Positions 13,471 to 26,689 are shown, numbered from the stretch's first letter. The stretch is 64,000 nucleotides of DNA from Lama guanicoe (GCA_013239625.1 MU053513.1:2282927-2346926), one strand, 5' to 3'. Made by a program: numbers and translations. The notes: a model not told the origin generated them from the sequence alone.

Positions 13471-14774
13471 TTCATTTCATTTTAATTTGTAAACATAAAA
13501 AGTTGATTAGCACTATGTAGAGTTTATTGTGTTATAGAATAATGATAACTAGGGATTTAAAAAAAATAACCAAACACAAGACTTTTAAAAAGAGAAATTT
13601 GTATATAGTTAAGAGTAGTATATTAGTCTCAAATACAGATGTTACCTAGACTTCCTTTTAAAAAAAGTAAAATATATTAGAAAGTACTGAAAAGTGACAA
13701 GGTCAGTAATTAATATATAATTTAACTGTTATCATAACACTTTTTTTTAGTATCATTTGATGATGCATGTGTTTTATTTTTTAAAATTTTATGTCAAAAA
13801 TCAGTTTTAGTTAGCCCTGGCAAATATTAAAATATTTAGGCCTGTACTGTTTAGACATACAAAGTGGCACTAATACAAAAATGTAGGTAACTCTTATGTG
13901 CAAAATAGATCTGAGCTGAATAGGTGAAATAAATCACCTAGCCAGCCTCGAAATCCCTGTACATGTATGGATTATGTAAATGATAAAGCTCACATTCACA
14001 GATCATTGAGAAGTTAAAGGATTATTCAGTAGATGATGCTGGGACAATTAATTAAGTGATTAATTGCTTGCAGTGGGGGAAGGCTAGATTCTTGCTTTAT
14101 AACACATGGAAAAAGAAAATTCTAACTGGATTATAAATCAATGCAAAAAATGGAAAATATCAAAACAATTAGAAAAGTATATTGGTAAATATTTATTGGT
14201 TTTTTATGAACTATCCTGGTAATGTAACAGCTATTAATAACATGATTTTCAAAAACATCTTCTATAAAAATGATGATAAAAAGCACATTTTTATAACTCA
14301 TTCACCACTTGCCTGTACTGTTTATCTGTTCTCCACCACTGAAGACATCTTGATAGGTAGTGGTTTGTCCAAAGTTGCAAGAAAAATGAGTGTCAAAGAG
14401 CCAGAATGATCTCTAACTTGTGTGAGTGGACCTTGAATATTTGAGAATTAGCTATACGCAACTGAAATAAATAATCAGCAATTAAATCAACTAGACAAAT
14501 ACACAGTTCTTTCACAAGTCAAAGTAATTTAGAGTTCATCACATTTAGAAAGTAAACATCTCTAATGAATATTAGTCATTTGACCCTTTGTATAGCTTTG
14601 AATATTAAGGTCTTGGTAGTAATTAACTTTACCCCCTTTGCATTACAGCTTTATCATCTTAGTTACTAAGACAAAAGCCTTCAGGAGAGTTTTTGGTTCT
14701 TCACAGAAAGTATATTTTTTCTTTTAAAATATTTTTGTATAGATAGTAAAGACTTCTTAAAATATATTTTAAAT

Positions 14775-14980
14775 TTTTATTGAAGTATAATCAGTTACAA
14801 TGTATCAATTTCTGGTGCACAGTACAGTATCCCAGTTATGCATATATATACATATATTTGTTTTTTTATTTTTTCATTGAAGTTTATTGTGAGATATTGA
14901 ATATAGTTCCCTGTGCTATACGGAAGAAATTTGTTTCTTTACCTGTTTATATATATAGTGGTTAACCTCTGCAAATCTAT
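14775..14980 (-). mobile_element. 5'-truncated L1 3' UTR
   Basis: ttttattgaagtataatcagttacaatg...atagttccctgtgctatac. Confidence 0.8.
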
Positions 14981-16982
14981 TTTTATTTTATTAACAGATA
15001 CCATGACATAATCATGATGGCAGTTCTAAATTAAGTTTTGGTCTTTTTAAATTTATTGTAATTTTGTAAACGTGCCAAATATAAAGAATGTTTTCATTTT
15101 CTGCATTCCATTAAATCAAAATGTATCACATAACTCCTGAGATTTTCTTAGATCCTCTGACTGATTATATTTGTCTTAAGGGTTAAGTGTGGACCATAGT
15201 ATCGGGGGCATAAATGTACTTTGGTCGAGGATGGTTGGTGCCTTGAATAAATGTTGACTTTCTGGGGGTTGAGGCAAAAAATACTGGAAGTGAGGCGCTG
15301 GACCATTTTCCACCTCTGGGAAATGGAAAAGTTATGTGCTTCTTGAATATTTCCCTAGCTATGTATTGGTACTGACTTTTCTGGTAGAAATCTGTACAAG
15401 GAAGAAAAAGTACATTATACAGCGAAGAAAATAGAACCAGATCACTCATACCCATTGCATCCCATGCTTCTAGTAGGAAGGTTTTAATTTATAGTACAAT
15501 AACATAAGTTAACATTTTAGTTAAATAAAAAAGTGAGGAAATACGTTGTTGTTTTTATCAATAGACGGTTATGTGCCTGTCTTAATAAATTTGACAGCAG
15601 TTAAACTCAAGGATCCATTAGAAGCAGTAGCAGAAGTACCATGAGGAAAAAAGAAAATAAAACATAAGATGATCTCTTCTCATATAGATTCAGAAATTGG
15701 CTGTTCAGGTATAGACATATAAAAAAAAATACAGTGCCCTTCAACTTCATGCTATACACTTGGCAGTAGTTAGATATCGACTAGCAACGATCGAAATAGT
15801 GTAACTAGGAGTTATTTAATCTGTCATCTAAATTGACCTGAAATCACCTTAATGTGCTTCCCAATAAGAGTTGAGATTATCAGTCACTTCAAAACTGATA
15901 CAGTCATGTCAGAGAAGTCATATTTTATATTAAAGGAGTCAATACCTTTAGTTACAGATTTGTAACGTTTAAGATTAACTTTCATTTCACTATCCTAATC
16001 ATCTTTGGTGGGTAATTAGCATAGTGTATTTAATTTATAATTTCTGGTAAATTTTAGATAAGCACAGATTTCTTTCGAAGATTATTTTTACTTTGGTCTA
16101 CATTTAGATGTATTTACCTGACCAAGGTGTTCAGTTGTTTGGTTTTGTTTGTGTGTCTTTCTATTTACCAGTTCTGTCTCAAGGGTTTTTAATACCTTGT
16201 GAAAACAGAATAATATACATGTTACCTAATTTTGGTTACTTAAGAGGTTTTTAGTTTAAAATGTGCCAGTAGACATTTAATTTTGTGGAATAAACATGTT
16301 TACTTTTAGATAGTGTTACTAAATCTATAATATTGCTAGAGAGAAGTGTAATAATTATAGATATGTTAGGGACTAATTCTGTATTTTGTTCTTCTAAATA
16401 GCTATATCTTTTATACCTAAAATTGTTGTTTGTAATAGAGTAGATTTAACTGACATTTTAACAATTAATTTTTAAGAGTTTCAGATGTCTTATTTTACTT
16501 CTTTCCTTGTACATCTCAGTCGGCTGTTTCTGCCAAAAATAAAATAGTAATTTTAATAACTATAAATCTTAGCCTGCTGTCTTCAATTAGTATAGAAATA
16601 GAAAAGGACTGTTTAAGAACACTGTCATTGATTAAACCACAGACAGGGCCTTTATCCAAGGGGAAGATTATTATAAGTAGAGTATAGGAAAAATAATTTT
16701 AAGACTTGTTTTTATTTGCAAATATGTGAGGTATTTTTATAGTGACTACCATGACTAAAAGTGACTGCTTTCTTTAAAAATATTTTCTCAAACTTCATAG
16801 ATAATTTATTGTAAAAGAAATTTAGGTTATAATCTTTTTAGGTACAAGCAAATGGTGTTCCAAAAAAAATTAATTTGACTGAAACTAACTTATTTCTCCA
16901 AATAATGATTTCATTTAAAAAGCACAAAGACAGGCTTCCTAATCTGTTCTTTAGACTATGTATTTCAGAAGAGAAGGTGTCA

Positions 16983-17248
16983 CAAACGGACATGTCCACA
17001 GAACAAAAACTGACTCACACTTACGGTTACCAGGGATTAATGGGGTTGGGAAGGGATAAATTCAGAATTTGAAAATTGCATCTCTTAAGGAGTGATGGAA
17101 ATGTTAGCTATCTTGATTGTGGTAGTGGTTTCATTGGTGTTTACATCTATCAAAATTCACCAGAATGTACATCTGAAATATGTGTGGTTTACTCTACAGG
17201 AACCATACCACAATAAAGATGTTTAAAAAAAAAGAAAAAAAAGAAGGG
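16983..17248 (+). mobile_element. Chimeric L1-derived retrocopy with A-rich tail
   Basis: Flanked by AGAGAAGGTGTCA at 16970-16982 and 17249-17261; AATAAA followed by an A-rich tail. Confidence 0.75.
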
Positions 17249-17867
17249 AGAGAAGGTGTCAGTCCTAAGACTTTAACGTTTAAAAGCATTGTGGTGGTTC
17301 TTTTGGGAGACCGATATTATAGAAGTTAACAAAATTCTGCTTAAAAACAGGGAGTTGGAATTTAACTTTTCCTTAAATGGGGAAGTAACAAAAGCTCATT
17401 CTAGTAATTTTCAGTTTTTTTCCCTTAACTGTTTACTCATTTGGAAATAGTTGTATAATTGGAGACAAGCATTATTCATTATTGGTGTATTAGTAGGGGT
17501 TTTGTCTTGGTTTTTTGGTAGGAAATAAAATGTGACTTAAATGGGCTTTTTAGAGTTTTAGGCAGACTAAGTTGTGATAATTAATTTGACATTTTTTGTA
17601 TCAGTGAGAAAATTTTCCTCATGGTTTGAAATCATAAAATAATGTAAGAAGTATGCTGATTTCTCATGACTTTCTTAGAATCTTCTTATTCTCAATGTTA
17701 GATGATCTTCTAGAATTTTAAAAATCTAGTCAATCCTTGCATCTGTTGGATGGAATCTCACCAAAATGTTGCCCTCTAAATCATGGAAAAGACCTCGTGT
17801 ACTCCTTAGAGCAATCTGTTCTATGAACTGCCTGTTGGAAAATTTTCTTATATCTAATTGGAAACAA

Positions 17868-18336
17868 TTTTTTTTTAAATTGAAGTATAGTTGATTCACA
17901 GTGTTATTCTGGTGTACAGTGAAATAATCCATACATAGATACATTTTTTTCTTTTTCATATTCTCTCTGTTGTGGTTTATTACAGGATATTGAGTATAGT
18001 TCCCTGTGTTTTATAGTAGGACCTTGTTGTTGATCTATTTTATATATCCTAGTTTGTATCTGCTAATCTCAAACTCTTAACTTATCCCTCCTCCTCCTCC
18101 TTTCTTCTCTGGTAACTGTAAGTTTGTTTTCTGTCTGTGAGTCTGTCCTTTTTGTAAATTAAGTTAATTTGTGTCATTTTTTAGATTCCACATAAAAGTG
18201 ATATCATATGATATTTGTCTTTCTCTGCCTGACTTACTTCACTTAGGATGATAATCTCTAGGTCCATCCATGTTGCTGCAAATGGCATTATTTCATTCTT
18301 TTATATGGCTGAGTAGTATTCCGCGCGCGCGCGCGC

Positions 18337-18367
<31 letters not shown>

Positions 18368-18630
18368 TGTGTACACACCACATCTTTATCCATTCATCTG
18401 TCAATGCACGTTTAGGTTGCTTCCATGTCTTGGCTCTTGTAAATAGTTCTGCTATGAACATTGGGGTGCATGTAACTTTTCAAATTAAAGTTTTCTCCAG
18501 GTATATGCCCAGTAGTGTGATTGCTGGATCCATATGGAACTCTTATCTTTAGCTTTTTGAGAAACCTCTATACTGTTTTCCATAGTAGCTATACCGATTT
18601 ATATTCCCACCAACAGTGAAGGACAGTTCC
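17868..18630 (-). mobile_element. 5'-truncated L1 (3' UTR and end of ORF2)
   Basis: T tail, then typical antisense L1 3' sequence ending at attcccaccaacagtg. Confidence 0.9.
18322..18378. repeat. (CG)15(TG)10 microsatellite
   Basis: Directly visible; 57 bp of purine/pyrimidine alternation. Confidence 0.95.
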
Positions 18631-19099
18631 AAATCCTAGTAGTTTTTAAGGTAACCATTTATCTGTAGAAATACAAAGTAGAGCATATGTGTGCAGAAGT
18701 ATTTTTTGCTTTAAGTTATCATATTTGCAATGGTTTCGCAGGCAGTTGTACCTGCCTTCCTGTGCCAGTGTAAAGTGGAGGTTGAGGCATGTAAAGATGC
18801 ATTCACGTATGCTTTATTTGCCACTTGACCCCGAATAGCTAGGAGAGCAGCACTCGGAAGAGCCAGTATCTCTGGGCACATGCCTGGTACCCATTTAGTC
18901 CCTTCTCTTGCTCATATACCAAACCTGTCTTCCTCAGTTCTACCCCTAAATCGTAACACCAACTATATCCAATGTGTGCTCTGTAACTCATTAGTCTTGT
19001 GCTTATTTTAGTTGCCCCATAATACCTGTGGGGTAAGGGAGCTGCCTGGAGGGGGAGGAGCCCGGACACGTTCCCAGAGGAGTCCTGCGGTGCAGGAGC

Positions 19100-19290
19100 A
19101 GTATATGGTAGTGAAGAGCGCTGACTCTGAAACCAGACTACACCACGTTTCAGTCCCAGCAACCACCTACTAAAGCTTCTAGTTTATAACTAGTCAGAGT
19201 ACTCAACCAGTCTTTTCATGTTTAAAATAACATAATGTCTCAGTGCTGTTGGAAGGATTAAGTTAGATAGTAAATATGGAGGTTTTACCA
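19100..19290 (+). mobile_element. MIR SINE
   Basis: ggtagtgaagagcgctgactctgaaaccagac...gttggaaggattaagttagatag. Confidence 0.65.
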
Positions 19291-19369
19291 TGGAGTGGAG
19301 CTTTGGGTCAGCACTCCGTAAGTGATAATCATGGTTATGGGTAGCAGTGGCACTTTTGTAATAATTGAA

Positions 19370-21560
19370 TTTTCCTCATTTGTAAAACAGAGTTGCTGTT
19401 GTCACTCTAGTTTTTATAATATACGTCTTCCATTTATCACATTCTACTTTAAATATTATTGTATTATTTCATGGATAAATAAGATCCTTGTAATGATCTA
19501 TTCTTAATTCCTCCCTCCCATCCTTTGTGCTGTTGTTGTCATGCGTTTTGATTCTGTATATTTATGAACCCCACAGTGCATTTTTATCATTTTTGTTTCA
19601 AACAGTCAATTATCTTTTAAGGAAATTTTGAAATGAGGAAAAGTATTTTTATACTTGTTTGCCGATTTACCATTTCTATCTCTCCTCATTCATTTGTGTA
19701 AGTGTGAATTTTCTTTCTGCCTGAAGAACTGCTCTGAACATTTCTTAGATTGTAGGTCTGCTCTCGGTATGCCTTGTAGGATAGGCATCGGTGTGCTGCC
19801 CTGTAGTATCGGACCGCTGCAGTGAAGTCTGTTGAATTCTCAAAGCTTTTGTTTTACTGAATGATGTTTTAGTTCACATTCATTCTTGAAAGACTTTTTT
19901 TCACTTGGCACATTTTCCCTTGAATTCTAGGTTAGCAGTGGTTTTCTTTCAGTACTTTAAAGATGTCTTTCCATTGTATTCTGGTCTCAATGGTTGCTGA
20001 CAGCACATCTTCAATCATTCTTATCTTTGCTCTGTAGCAGGGGTCAATACAGTTTTTCTTAGGGGACCAGGTAGGTTTGTGGGTCATCTGGTCTTTGTTG
20101 CAGCTACTCAACTTGGTGTGGTGTGAAAGCAGCAATAGATAATATGTAAATCAGTGAGTGTGGCTGTGTTCTCGTAAAACTTTATTTGTAAAAGTCATGT
20201 GGCTCATCTGCTGTAGTTTGTTGAATCCTGCTCTGTAAGAACAAGTCTTTTTATCTGACTGCTTGTAAGGTATTCTCTTTATCATTGTTTTACGGCATTT
20301 CGATCATGATATTTGCATGCTTTTCTCTGTTTCTTCTGTTGGTGTTGAGCTTTGTGGTTTTGGTGGCTTATAGTTTTTATGAAATTTGGAAAAATTTTAG
20401 TCATTATTTGTTTTACATGTTCCTCCCTCCCTCCCTAAGACTCCAGTTGCATAGATGTGATCCTGTTTGATGCTCTGCCACGATAGGCATGTCCTTGTCT
20501 CTGTTTATTCTTTTCCCTGCTCTTTTTCTTTCTGGGCTTCATTTTGCTAACTTAATGCTAATTATTTGTAGTATCTGATCTACTGTTAATTTCACCCAGT
20601 GTATCTTTCATTATATGTATCATATTTTTATTTCTAGAAATCCTATAATGAGTCTTACTTCTGTATTCTGTTTATCTCCTCATATATTCATGTTTTCCAT
20701 TACCTCTAATTTGTAATAGCTGTCTTAAGAGCCCAGTCTACTAAATCCATCATCTTTTTCATTTATGCATCTATTTCAGTTGATTGATTTTTTTCCTGGT
20801 TTCAGGTGATATTTTCCTCCTTATTTCCATGCCTTCTTTTTTTAAATGGATGCTAGATATTTTAATTTTTATTGTTGTTGGCTGTTGCATTTTGGACTTT
20901 TGTTTTATTCATGTAGCAAGTATTAGATTTTGTTTAGGGTCAGTTTGATTCCTTTAAGGACTGCTTTTAAGTTGTTTTACCCAGATCCAGAGCAGTCTTT
21001 TTTTGGGGGTGGGAGTGGTGGGAGATAGCCGCACTGTCTCTGATTTATTCTGGTTTAGCCCTGCTATAAACTGTGGCCTGTTGCTCTGCATGTTATGAGT
21101 CCTGGGAATTATTTGGCCTGTTGCTTTTGGTGTTTTGCTTCGTTTTCCTGTCCAAGCTTCTTGTTATGCATGCCCAGATTCGAACTCTGCCAAAGATTCA
21201 GGGAGATCCCTCTGCAGATCTCTGGAGCTTCCTCCACTCCAGTAGTCCACCCTGAAAATTCTAGCCACCAAAACGTCCCTGAATTCTAATCTGTGTTTCC
21301 TCAGCTCTGCATCACTGCCAGGCCTTGTCTAGGGCTCTGTCTGTGTCCTTGTGCTGCAGCTTGGAAATGGCCTTCAGGCAGAAAGCTTCAGCAACTGAAG
21401 GAATCATCTTACTTGTTCCATTCTTTCAGGGATCAGAAAACCGCTGCAAATTTGCAGATTGTCCAATGTCTGAAACCATTGTTTCTTACCTTTGGAATGA
21501 TTATTTAGTTGTCCAGAGTGGCAGATAATTCTATAGCATTTAATCCCACATACGCAGAAG
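19370..21560 (-). mobile_element. Ancient L1M 5' region (ORF1/5' UTR)
   Basis: T-rich strand; minus translation includes IQWKDIFKVLKENHC, an L1 ORF1 C-terminal motif. Confidence 0.75.
20038..20230. mobile_element. MER58A-like hAT-Charlie non-autonomous DNA transposon
   Basis: Termini CAGGGGTCAA...TTGAATCCTG, 8-bp TSD CTCTGTAG/CTCTGTAA (20030-20037, 20231-20238), and an internal MER58A-like motif gtgtggctgtgttctcgtaaaactttattt. Confidence 0.85.
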
Positions 21561-22262
21561 TGGAACTCTGATTACCTTTTAACAGACACAGATAGATACT
21601 GTTGTTAAATAGCACCTTTGTGATTTATTTGTGGGGACAGTGAGTTATTTCTCTTAGTTAAGAACTGAAAAATAGACTTATTTATTGCAAACTTCAACTT
21701 GTTTTACACATTTTTAAATGAATATTTTTAAACTTCTCGTTAGGTATTCTTAAAATAGATTGTGTTATTTAATTTGTGCAATTCTTAATTTTTTCCTTAA
21801 CTCATAAAACCGAGAGTATAAAGTAGTAAATTAATAGTCTATTGTATTTGAATATTTTACATTTTTTATTTTCAAGAAGAAAATAATATATAACTAAGAC
21901 AAGTTAATTACTCTATTCTAAGCTTATGAGACCTTGTAGAGGTTCAGAAATGGATATCACAAACAGACCAAAATGTAGTAGAATCACACCTGTAAATTAA
22001 CTATAGTGTAAGATATAAACCAAATGTCAGTGATGCACAGAGAAGAAAGTAATTCTTACTGAGGTTTGAGAACAGGCTTCACCTGGAGGTGATATTTGAG
22101 CAAGGTCTTGGAGAATAAATACGTATGAAAGAGTAGGAGAAATTAGTTTAGAATATTTCATTCTCTTCTATTGTTTTAAACATACAAAGTTAATATCTTG
22201 AAAAGGTTTTCCATTCGGAGAATAGGTATGAGAGGTAATGAATACTTTCAAGATTTGTTTGT

Positions 22263-22948
22263 TAATTAGTTTTCTGTAGGTATGTAATGAATTTAGTGAT
22301 GTAAAAGCATTTATTATCTCACAGTTTCCATGACTCAGGAGTCGAGGCACAACGGAGCTTAGTCCTGTGCTCGGGTTATAACAGGGCTGCAGTCAGGGTG
22401 TTTACCAGGACTGCAGTCTCACCTGAGGCTCAGCGTCCTCTCCCAGGCTTGCCGGTTGTGGCAGATCTCAGCTTCCCGTTGTTGTGGAACCGACTGTGCG
22501 GCAGGCCCTCAGCTCCTAGAGGTTGCCTGCCATTCCCTGCCTGTGGCCTAATCCGCAGCATGCTGTTTGATTCTTAAAGACTACCAGGAGAGCGTCTCAG
22601 CTACTTCTAGTATATGTCTCTGCCTTGTGTCTCTGATATCCAGACCCTCTTTTGAAATGCTCACCTGATTAGGTCAGCCCCTCCTCCTAGGATAATCTCC
22701 CTTTTGATTAACAGAAAGTCACTGATTTGGGGAACCTTATATCTTCAGAATCCCTTTATCTTTGTGATACAGTGCAACCTAATCAAAGGAGTGATATCCC
22801 ACCAAATCACAAGCCCTTTCCACACTCAAAGGGAGGGGACCATACAGGGCAGGTCCACTGTGTGTACGTAGGGTGAACAGGGCATGTACATGTATGTATA
22901 CAGGGAAAGGGAATCGTGGAGAGAGGACTGAGAATTCTGCTGACCACT
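22263..22948. mobile_element. MLT1 solo LTR (MLT1E-like)
   Basis: catttattatctcacagtttcc...ctcacctgattaggtcagccc...gataatctcccttttgattaac...agaattctgctgaccac. Confidence 0.8.
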
Positions 22949-24059
22949 GTTTGATTTATACTGTCAATATAATTTGAAGAGTACAAATTACATTTTATAG
23001 AGAGGAGATGGATAGACTAGGAATACTTATAAACTACTACTGATTCAACAGTTGAAAACAAATAACTAAAGAATCTTCTAAAGTAATTATAACCTCAGTA
23101 GATTGGGGTTTTTTTTGTTCCTTAAAATATAGTTCAACTCATCTGATAAGCTCATTATATTTGAAGAAAAGAATCTCGTTAAAACTTTGTCAGTTTTCCA
23201 TTTGCTTCCCAATAAACATCTACAATTTTTTAAATCTTCAGTTTTTTCTTTTTATGTAATTTTAATACTTAGATCTATTCTCTGTTAACTGTTCTGAAGT
23301 TCTGTTGTGATGTTGTCCTAGCAACGTGAAAGCGAGATTGAGCGCTGTTCACAACTGGTGGTGTGGTGTTGCTAAGCTACCTATCTTTTTAATTTGAAAT
23401 ATTAGGCATTTCAATAATAGGTGCCCTTAAGCTTTAAGTGTTTGCTCATGACGCGTTGCAGTGTTTTATGTATGCTTTTCACTTCTGTACTATAGCTATT
23501 ATTGTGAAAGTTTTTTTTAAAAAAGGAAAGTATATTTTAATGGCAGTCAGTAGAGTACCTTAACTACATAAAATCAGTCATTTTCTGAGAAGCTCTAATA
23601 TGGACACAAATGAAATTATAAGCTATACTTTAGTATGAACTTACCTCAAATGCAAGTGTACTACCAAATGCAATAATTATACCAGTCTGTCATTTGATTG
23701 TAAATAAAATCATTGTAGAATGCCTAAAATATTACCTAGACTTGCTTTAAAAATAGCAATGTTTTTACACTCCAGGAAGATCATTAGATTCATACTGAAA
23801 AAGCACTTTATTATATTATGTTGCTGTCATGCTATTCACGTTACCTTTTCTTAAAGCAGAATATCAAATGCTAAGTGGCATTATTGCCGTGCATCTAATT
23901 TGCAAAAGATGAATATATGCAGTGTCTTCTAGGTAGGCTCTTTTTATAAAAGTTTTTCCTGTATATTCCCCTTTCCTCCCATAAAAATAATTCAATTAAT
24001 TTCTTTCTTCGAATCTTTTCATATTTCATACTCAGCTTGCATCTTGCTTTTGTTTTCTT

Positions 24060-25890
24060 ATTATTACAGTATAAACATCTGTACAAACCATTAAAATTGA
24101 AAACATTTTTGATGACTAATTACATAAATGTGCAATATTTCTCCTATTATTATCTATATAGTTTCCTGTTTTTATTATCTAAATAACACTGAGAAGAAAA
24201 TCTTGGTGCCAAACCTTTGGCAGCATTTCTGAGTTCCTTACAGTAGGTCCTAGCTAGGAGTCTAACAGATTCTAGGAATGAGAAGATACGAACACTGTAA
24301 AGACTTCTGAACATGTTAATAGATACTGCCCTGAAAAGTTGACCATTCTTGTTAGTATTTACTAGTTTAGTTTTAAAAAAGAGGAAGAAGTAGTTAATAC
24401 ATTATTTTTATTGTTTTTAATGATTAAAGGTTGTATTTTTTCAAATGTTTATTAGTCATTTATAATTATTCTTTTGTAAGAATTTTCATTTTCCTGTCCC
24501 ATTTGTAGATAAATTCGTGTGTCTTTTCTTACTGATTTTAGGAAGATCTTCAAGTACTGAATTTATCCCCCTTTCTGTCATATTTTCCCATTTATTTGCC
24601 TCTTAATTTGATTTATACACTTTGTAAAATACAGAGCATTCAAAGGCTTCTTTTAAAAATCTTTCCACCTTTTCTGTTTTCATTTATTGCTTTTAGACTT
24701 ATAAATCCCTTTACTGCGCAGATCCTTCTACATTTTATCTCTTTTTACTGTGTTCACCTGTGGGTGGTCGCTGGCTAAGCTCTCAGAGGCATCTCATTGT
24801 CTCAAATCCCAGCATGCACCAGGCATTCACAGAATGAACCTCCCTGACCCTGATGCTTGCTACTCCCAAACCACACCCATCCTTTCAACAGGGTTTCCTA
24901 AGGGCCCTCTGGGCTTGGCAGTGAACAGAGCAGATGCAAATCTCCACCTTCCTCCTGCCAGTGAGGCTGAGGCATCACCCTCCTCCCAGAGCCTGTCTTT
25001 TCTCACGTGACTTTGCTCCACGTGCCACTGCTTGGGTGCTGTCTCCTCCTCTCCACCAGCCCAAACATGGCACCTCATTCAAGGGCCAGCTCATCCTGAC
25101 AGTAGCCACCCACCTGGCAGTCCCCTTAATAACTTGCAGGCCCTTTGACTTGTGTTCTGCTCTCCACAGTGAGTTCTCTTGAAACTTGTCTCCACTGGAA
25201 CCATTAACATAGCTGTCATTATGATGTATTCCTGGGTGCCACTTTACAAAAGTAATAAAAGGTTTCTTTTGCATCTAATATTTTTATATCTAATTCTAAA
25301 CCATGTGAAGTGTATTTTGATTTATAGTGTTTGGTTAGAAACAAAACTGATTTTTTCCAAATGTTAATCCATTGTTGGAGGACCAGTAAGAATATCCCCT
25401 TGCTCATTGATAGCTCTTTTATCATACACCTAATTCTCGGATACTGGGCTAATCGCCTACTTTCTATTCTGTTGTATTGATCTTTTCTATTTTGCATCAA
25501 AACAACATTATAGATTAGCTTTATCACATCCTTTTCGATATTCAGGACTGTTTACCCCTCTATAGAGCAGTATAGATTATTTACCTTACATCTCATACTG
25601 TGGGTATCCCTAGATATTTTATGGCATTTTTTTTCTGATATTGTGAATGAAATTTTTTTTCTATTCTGTTTTCTGAGTCGTTTTTACTGGCACATTGGAA
25701 GGGTATTGGTTTTCTTAGGTTTATCTCAAATCTGGACTCTTTATTCTCAATAATTATGCATTGATTTTGTAGAGTTTGTTGATAACTCATCTGCAAATAA
25801 TGAAAATTTGCTTCTTCCTGGAAGTTGCATCTGGATTGGCTGCAAATTCCAAAGCAGTATTCACTGATAATAGTAGGTATTCTTGTCACA
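24060..25890 (-). mobile_element. Ancient L1M ORF2 fragments (24060-24740 and 25270-25890) with an unassigned GC-richer segment between them
   Basis: Minus translations contain degraded ORF2 motifs (DQYNRIES, IKYLGI). Confidence 0.6.
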
Positions 25891-26689
25891 GAAAATCTAA
25901 AATCATGGTTAAGGAAAAACAGTGGTCAACTTTCTATTAAAAATAAAATTACTGTTAAAAACAAATCATCTTTAATTATCCTAGATTAGATTAATTGCTT
26001 TGTGAATTTACCATGGGTAAGATACATCAGAATTTTGGGAGATGTTCATTTCTCTAGTGGAGGGTGGTGGTGGGGGCAACATCTGATTAACACCAATTGC
26101 TAACCAGCTTTAAAAGGAAGGGAACTAGACTTGAGGTCTAGATTGCAGTTGGGAGGAGGGAGGCTCGAGGAAAGTGAGGTGAGTTAGTCTCTAGATGCCC
26201 CCACTTCATTTCCTCGGGAGCAATTCCTAGCGTGGTGGCAGGTGGAGTCAGTCTCCTTCCAGGAAGACTGTAAAGGGAGCTGGAAATGAGCATAACGGCA
26301 GCTCCTGAAAGTAAGGGGTGGGTGGCAAGAACACTTACGAAATGTGCCTCTAGAAGACACTGTAGTGGCTTCATCAGAGTCTGGCTATGCATAGTGTTCA
26401 GGTGTTGATGGGTGTTTGTTGAAGTCTTTACTGTGTGAAATTTAGCTCAGATGAGTTAGTGGGACTGGATTCCTCATTCTAGGAGGGTCTGAGGGGCCAT
26501 TATCATGACAGGCCCCCCTCACCTCAGCTAAGTTCGCAGTGGACAAGGGGTTGATTAGCTGCCCTTCCTGCTGGTTTTATCTATACCATTGTTGCAGAAA
26601 CCTGAAGCCACGAGTCTGTAGATGGAAACTATTTTCTTATGATAGTAAAGGATCAGGGTGTTTCCTTCCACATTCTCACCTCAGTGGGT

